A stretch of 64,000 bases of DNA from Candidatus Uhrbacteria bacterium CG10_big_fil_rev_8_21_14_0_10_50_16 (lineage in GTDB: Bacteria; Patescibacteriota; Patescibacteriia; UBA9934; UBA11717), in contig PCYM01000001.1 in assembly GCA_002774875.1 (NCBI GenBank), forward strand, positions 1,096 through 65,095. The letters run 5' to 3'. The notes under the pieces were generated by a model, which saw only the letters and a program-made list of their open reading frames with translations, was not told the origin of the DNA and did no database searches. The translations under genes and the position numbers were made by a program. Of the stretch, positions 61,598 through 64,000 are shown one piece after another (position 1 is the stretch's first letter; each line of letters begins with the position of its first letter).

Positions 61598-61781
61598 TTA
61601 CACCTCCATGAGGAGACGTGAGTGTTCGGCTGTACCCGCCGTGGGTTGCGTTCCGTAAAAGGAAACGACGCTAAAATATAGTCCATTTTATAAAAGTAGT
61701 CAATAGAAGCTCGCCAAAAAAGGCATTTTTTGCGAATTTATGTACACTTGACGCACGGCGGCGGCGCGACGAAAAGAAATT

Positions 61782-61827
61782 AAGAGCCGCCCACCAGATG
61801 AGCCGGTAGACGACTCGTGGTGGGCGG
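61782..61827 (-). terminator. conserved 46-nt hairpin terminator (minus strand), copy 2
   Basis: CCGCCCACCA-N21-TGGTGGGCGG is a perfect 10-bp stem, followed on the minus strand by TCTTAATTTCTTTTCG. Confidence 0.5.
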
Positions 61828-61842
61828 TACAGATGGAGTGCT

Positions 61843-62262
61843 TCACTCCGCGAGTTCGACACTCCGAACCATGAAGGGACGGGATCCGGTGTAATGCTGT
61901 TCTGCGAGACTCGCCACCTGGCACAGCACGTTGACCCTCGTACCCTCCTGGAGCATCGCACTGGAGGGATCGCTGCCCAGATGCTTCTCGAACCGCGGAG
62001 GGTAGATCGGAGCAGGATCTCGCCAGTAAGTGAGTGCTGCCAGCGAGTCTGGATGATGCGGATGGTGTCGTCTGATGACCGCCTTGACGGTCTCCAGATC
62101 GAGCTCGACGATGATCGTGTATGTCTCCGGAATGGGTTCGAAGATCTGGAAGCCGAAGACCGAGAACCCGGATCTTGCCGGATATGTCTTCACACCGATG
62201 ATCTTCCCAGGGATGGTGACCTTCGAGCCGCTGGCCTGAGGCGCGAATCTTGGGGTCTGCAT
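61843..62262 (-). CDS. hypothetical protein (GC-rich cargo gene)
   Basis: The start is at MQTPRFAPQ, with AGGAGG 6 nt upstream. A sigma70-like promoter, TTGACT-16-TATATT, lies on the minus strand at 62323-62350. The conserved terminator follows the stop. Confidence 0.4.
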   Translation of the reverse strand: MQTPRFAPQASGSKVTIPGKIIGVKTYPARSGFSVFGFQIFEPIPETYTIIVELDLETVKAVIRRHHPHHPDSLAALTYWRDPAPIYPPRFEKHLGSDPSSAMLQEGTRVNVLCQVASLAEQHYTGSRPFMVRSVELAE

Positions 62263-62322
62263 ACGACCTCCTGTTCTGAATGTCACGGCTGTCCCTGCCG
62301 TAGGGGTCGAAAGCGACATTAA

Positions 62323-62350
62323 AATATACTCTATTCAGAAAAAAAGTCAA
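62323..62350 (-). promoter_or_regulatory. sigma70-like promoter (TTGACT-N16-TATATT) inside repeat copy B, driving the 61843..62262 gene
   Basis: On the minus strand the sequence reads TTGACTTTTTTTCTGAATAGAGTATATTTTA. Confidence 0.45.
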
Positions 62351-62472
62351 TGGTCGCCCAATATCTCGGACATATGTATAATGAAAGAAATTTGAAAATT
62401 TTTCAAAACAAGTCCCGCCGATGGCGGAACAAAAGAAAAGGAATACATCAGCTAACACTGGCTATGCGGTTC
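62350..62472. repeat. terminator/promoter module repeat, copy B (inverted relative to copy A)
   Basis: On the minus strand the sequence reads ...CGCATAGCCAGTGTTAGCTGATGTATTCCTTTTCTTTTGTTCCGCCATCGGCGGGACTTGTTTTGAAAAATTTTCAAATTTCTTTC..., followed by the promoter. Confidence 0.5.
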
Positions 62473-62567
62473 CGTTTCACTACACCCATATTTGCTTTCA
62501 CTTCGCTACAGCAAACATCGCATAGCCAGAAACGTTTTCAGAAGTTTCAAGACTTCAACGTCGTTAC

Positions 62568-62834
62568 GTGAATATAAGTGAAAGAAACGCCGTTGCACGC
62601 TCACTGCAGTGGATGAGGGAGCTGAAGCGACACAATATTAATTGCATGCAACCATTAGCAATCGATGATGATATTCGCATGCTGCTTGAGGGAGCCATAC
62701 AGGAGCTTGGCGACGAAGAGTTGGTCGCAGAAGCAAAAAGGATTTTAGAAAGCGATAGCATTACTTTTCAGGAATTCTCCCATTTCGCATTAAGGGTACA
62801 TCGTGCCGATCAGTCTGTCGTTAGTAATCCCTAA
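62568..62834 (+). CDS. hypothetical small protein
   Basis: This 88 aa ORF is AT-rich and helical. It is followed by a conserved box and terminator at 62904-62964. Confidence 0.35.
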   Translation: MNISERNAVARSLQWMRELKRHNINCMQPLAIDDDIRMLLEGAIQELGDEELVAEAKRILESDSITFQEFSHFALRVHRADQSVVSNP

Positions 62835-62903
62835 TACAATCATTGAACAAGTTTATTTAATTGGATGGCTATCAATTCAACTTTATTTCATTCAACAGTT
62901 CTG

Positions 62904-62964
62904 ACCCGTTCAGTATTCGGAACCAATGGGACTCGAACTAGCAATGGTTCGAGTTTTGTTTTAG
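62904..62964 (+). terminator. conserved box (ACCCGTTCAGTATTCGGAACCAA) plus rho-independent terminator
   Basis: The box lies at 62904-62926. The hairpin is ACTCGAAC-TAGCAATG-GTTCGAGTTTTGTTTT. Confidence 0.45.
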
Positions 62965-62990
62965 ACTATAGAAGAAATTAGCTCTGATTT

Positions 62991-63413
62991 ATGGAAAAAC
63001 CCGACCGTCTTTATCATGGCAGCACAAAACTTATAGAGGGGTATATCGAGCCAAGAAAAGCACTTGATGAAATGAGTGAAAATAACTCTCAGCTAGCCGT
63101 TTATGCCACAGATAGATTTGAGGTTGCCACCGGTATGTCTTTAACGGGGGATAATTGGTCATTCGCTGATTTTGATGAACCAGACTTCAAGGTGCTTTTT
63201 GCGGAGGAACCGCCTGAATCAGATCAGATGAGATATGTTTATGAATTGTCTTCAGAAACATTTGAGCGCGATCCTGAGAATAAATCTCAATGGATCTCAT
63301 TTGAAAAAGTGAAAATTTTGGAGATGCACAAATTCAGGACCCAAGATTTAAGTCACCTATGGAGAATGGCAACGAAAGAGGAGGTGGATGCTCATACGCC
63401 AAAGAATCGGTAA
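62991..63413 (+). CDS. hypothetical protein
   Basis: This 140 aa ORF is AT-rich and belongs to no family I recognise. It is followed by the second copy of the conserved box and terminator. Confidence 0.4.
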   Translation: MEKPDRLYHGSTKLIEGYIEPRKALDEMSENNSQLAVYATDRFEVATGMSLTGDNWSFADFDEPDFKVLFAEEPPESDQMRYVYELSSETFERDPENKSQWISFEKVKILEMHKFRTQDLSHLWRMATKEEVDAHTPKNR

Positions 63414-63473
63414 TTGTCATTTTACATACCTTAGTACCGCTGATTCAAAGTCAGACCATCTCACCAATCTGAA

Positions 63474-63540
63474 ACCCGTCCAGTATTCGGAGCCAAGAGA
63501 AAACCCGATCGCAAACACGGTCGGTTTTCTTTTTGTTGTG
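63474..63540 (+). terminator. conserved box (ACCCGTCCAGTATTCGGAGCCAA) plus rho-independent terminator
   Basis: The box lies at 63474-63496. The hairpin is AAACCCGATCG-CAAACA-CGGTCGGTTTTCTTTTTGTTG. Confidence 0.45.
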
Positions 63541-63707
63541 GTAAACTGGGGATGTTGAAATACAAGACTTGACCCTTGGCTTATAATAGGGATTATGAAC
63601 CAGATCCTTTGTGACGTGCGGGATGGCGCCTCTTACAAAATGAACGAGCGAGTCAATGCCTATTTCAAAGGTGACTGGCTTGAAAAGTATTTGCTTGGTA
63701 ACGAAGT

Positions 63708-64000
63708 ATGAGGGTTTTTCGAGTTGAGGTTCCAAATCGACCAATCATCAAAATCCGAGACTCGTTACGGCCAAAAGAATACACCATGATGGCAAGTGGA
63801 TTTGTTGCAAATCAAGCAAAGCGAGATCATGAACAACTTTTTGAGCAAGTAAGGATTGAGGGATTTTCACAAAAGCCAGACCGCCTTACCTCGATCTTTG
63901 CTTTTGAAGATCTTGAAACTGCTCGATGGTTTCAACAAAGCGGACGAATGGAATCAGGTGGCGTATTGACCGAACATGAAGTGACGAGGCTGGATGTACT
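63708..64000 (+). CDS. partial ORF running off the window end (hypothetical)
   Basis: ATG at 63708 opens MRVFRVEVPNRPIIKIRDSLRPKEYTMMASGF..., which stays open to the window end. A 38-codon ORF (63585..63701) lies just upstream. This conflicts with minus-strand track ORF 63451..63744. Confidence 0.3.
   Translation, partial: MRVFRVEVPNRPIIKIRDSLRPKEYTMMASGFVANQAKRDHEQLFEQVRIEGFSQKPDRLTSIFAFEDLETARWFQQSGRMESGGVLTEHEVTRLDV

Noticed and set aside
61700-62458. 252 aa minus-strand ORF spanning both GC-rich cargo genes, and plus-strand ORFs 61223..61621 and 61894..62322
   Set aside because: They are Arg/Gly/Ser/Ala-rich low-complexity translations typical of alternative frames in GC-rich DNA. The frames chosen (61085..61597 and 61843..62262, minus) have ribosome-binding sites, natural-looking composition and downstream terminators.

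Overview
A 64 kb chromosomal window from a roughly 50% GC bacterium with no obvious Shine-Dalgarno sequences, many small membrane proteins, and a Patescibacteria/CPR-like gene content. This lineage assignment is inference only. Most of the window is housekeeping, listed here by operon rather than window order: tgt; clpC-like gene with a GT4 phospho-sugar transferase; rplU, recR-ybaB and dnaB; folD-glyA and murC-murB; hpf and secA; secD-secF, mnmA and lepA; recJ and rnhA; ligA-gatC-gatA and lgt; and dnaG-rpoD. Also present are tRNA-Ser(GGA) and tRNA-Asn(GTT), a type IV pilus-like locus (pilM, a receiver domain protein, two pilins, a prepilin peptidase), and an OmpR/histidine kinase pair. I see no CRISPR array or rRNA. 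The accessory content is:
- Two copies of a structured element of about 110 nt (12451-12558 and 22002-22118) that differ by compensatory base changes.
- GC-rich insertions in the 50% GC background: a GGDEF protein inside the pilus locus, a small cargo ORF after the second repeat copy, and two small ORFs near the 3' end of the window.
- An AT-rich island after tRNA-Ser carrying an aminotransferase-like gene and a SemiSWEET-like gene.
- A soluble type IV coupling protein (VirD4/TraG)-like ATPase with an RGG/KE-rich tail, encoded next to a membrane-anchored partner of unknown function.
- A variable region (59.6-64.0 kb) beside tRNA-Asn containing a GIY-YIG gene, a copy of the 5' part of tRNA-Asn, and small ORFs punctuated by repeated terminator, promoter and box modules.
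All calls were made by eye from the sequence and the ORF track, with no database searches.
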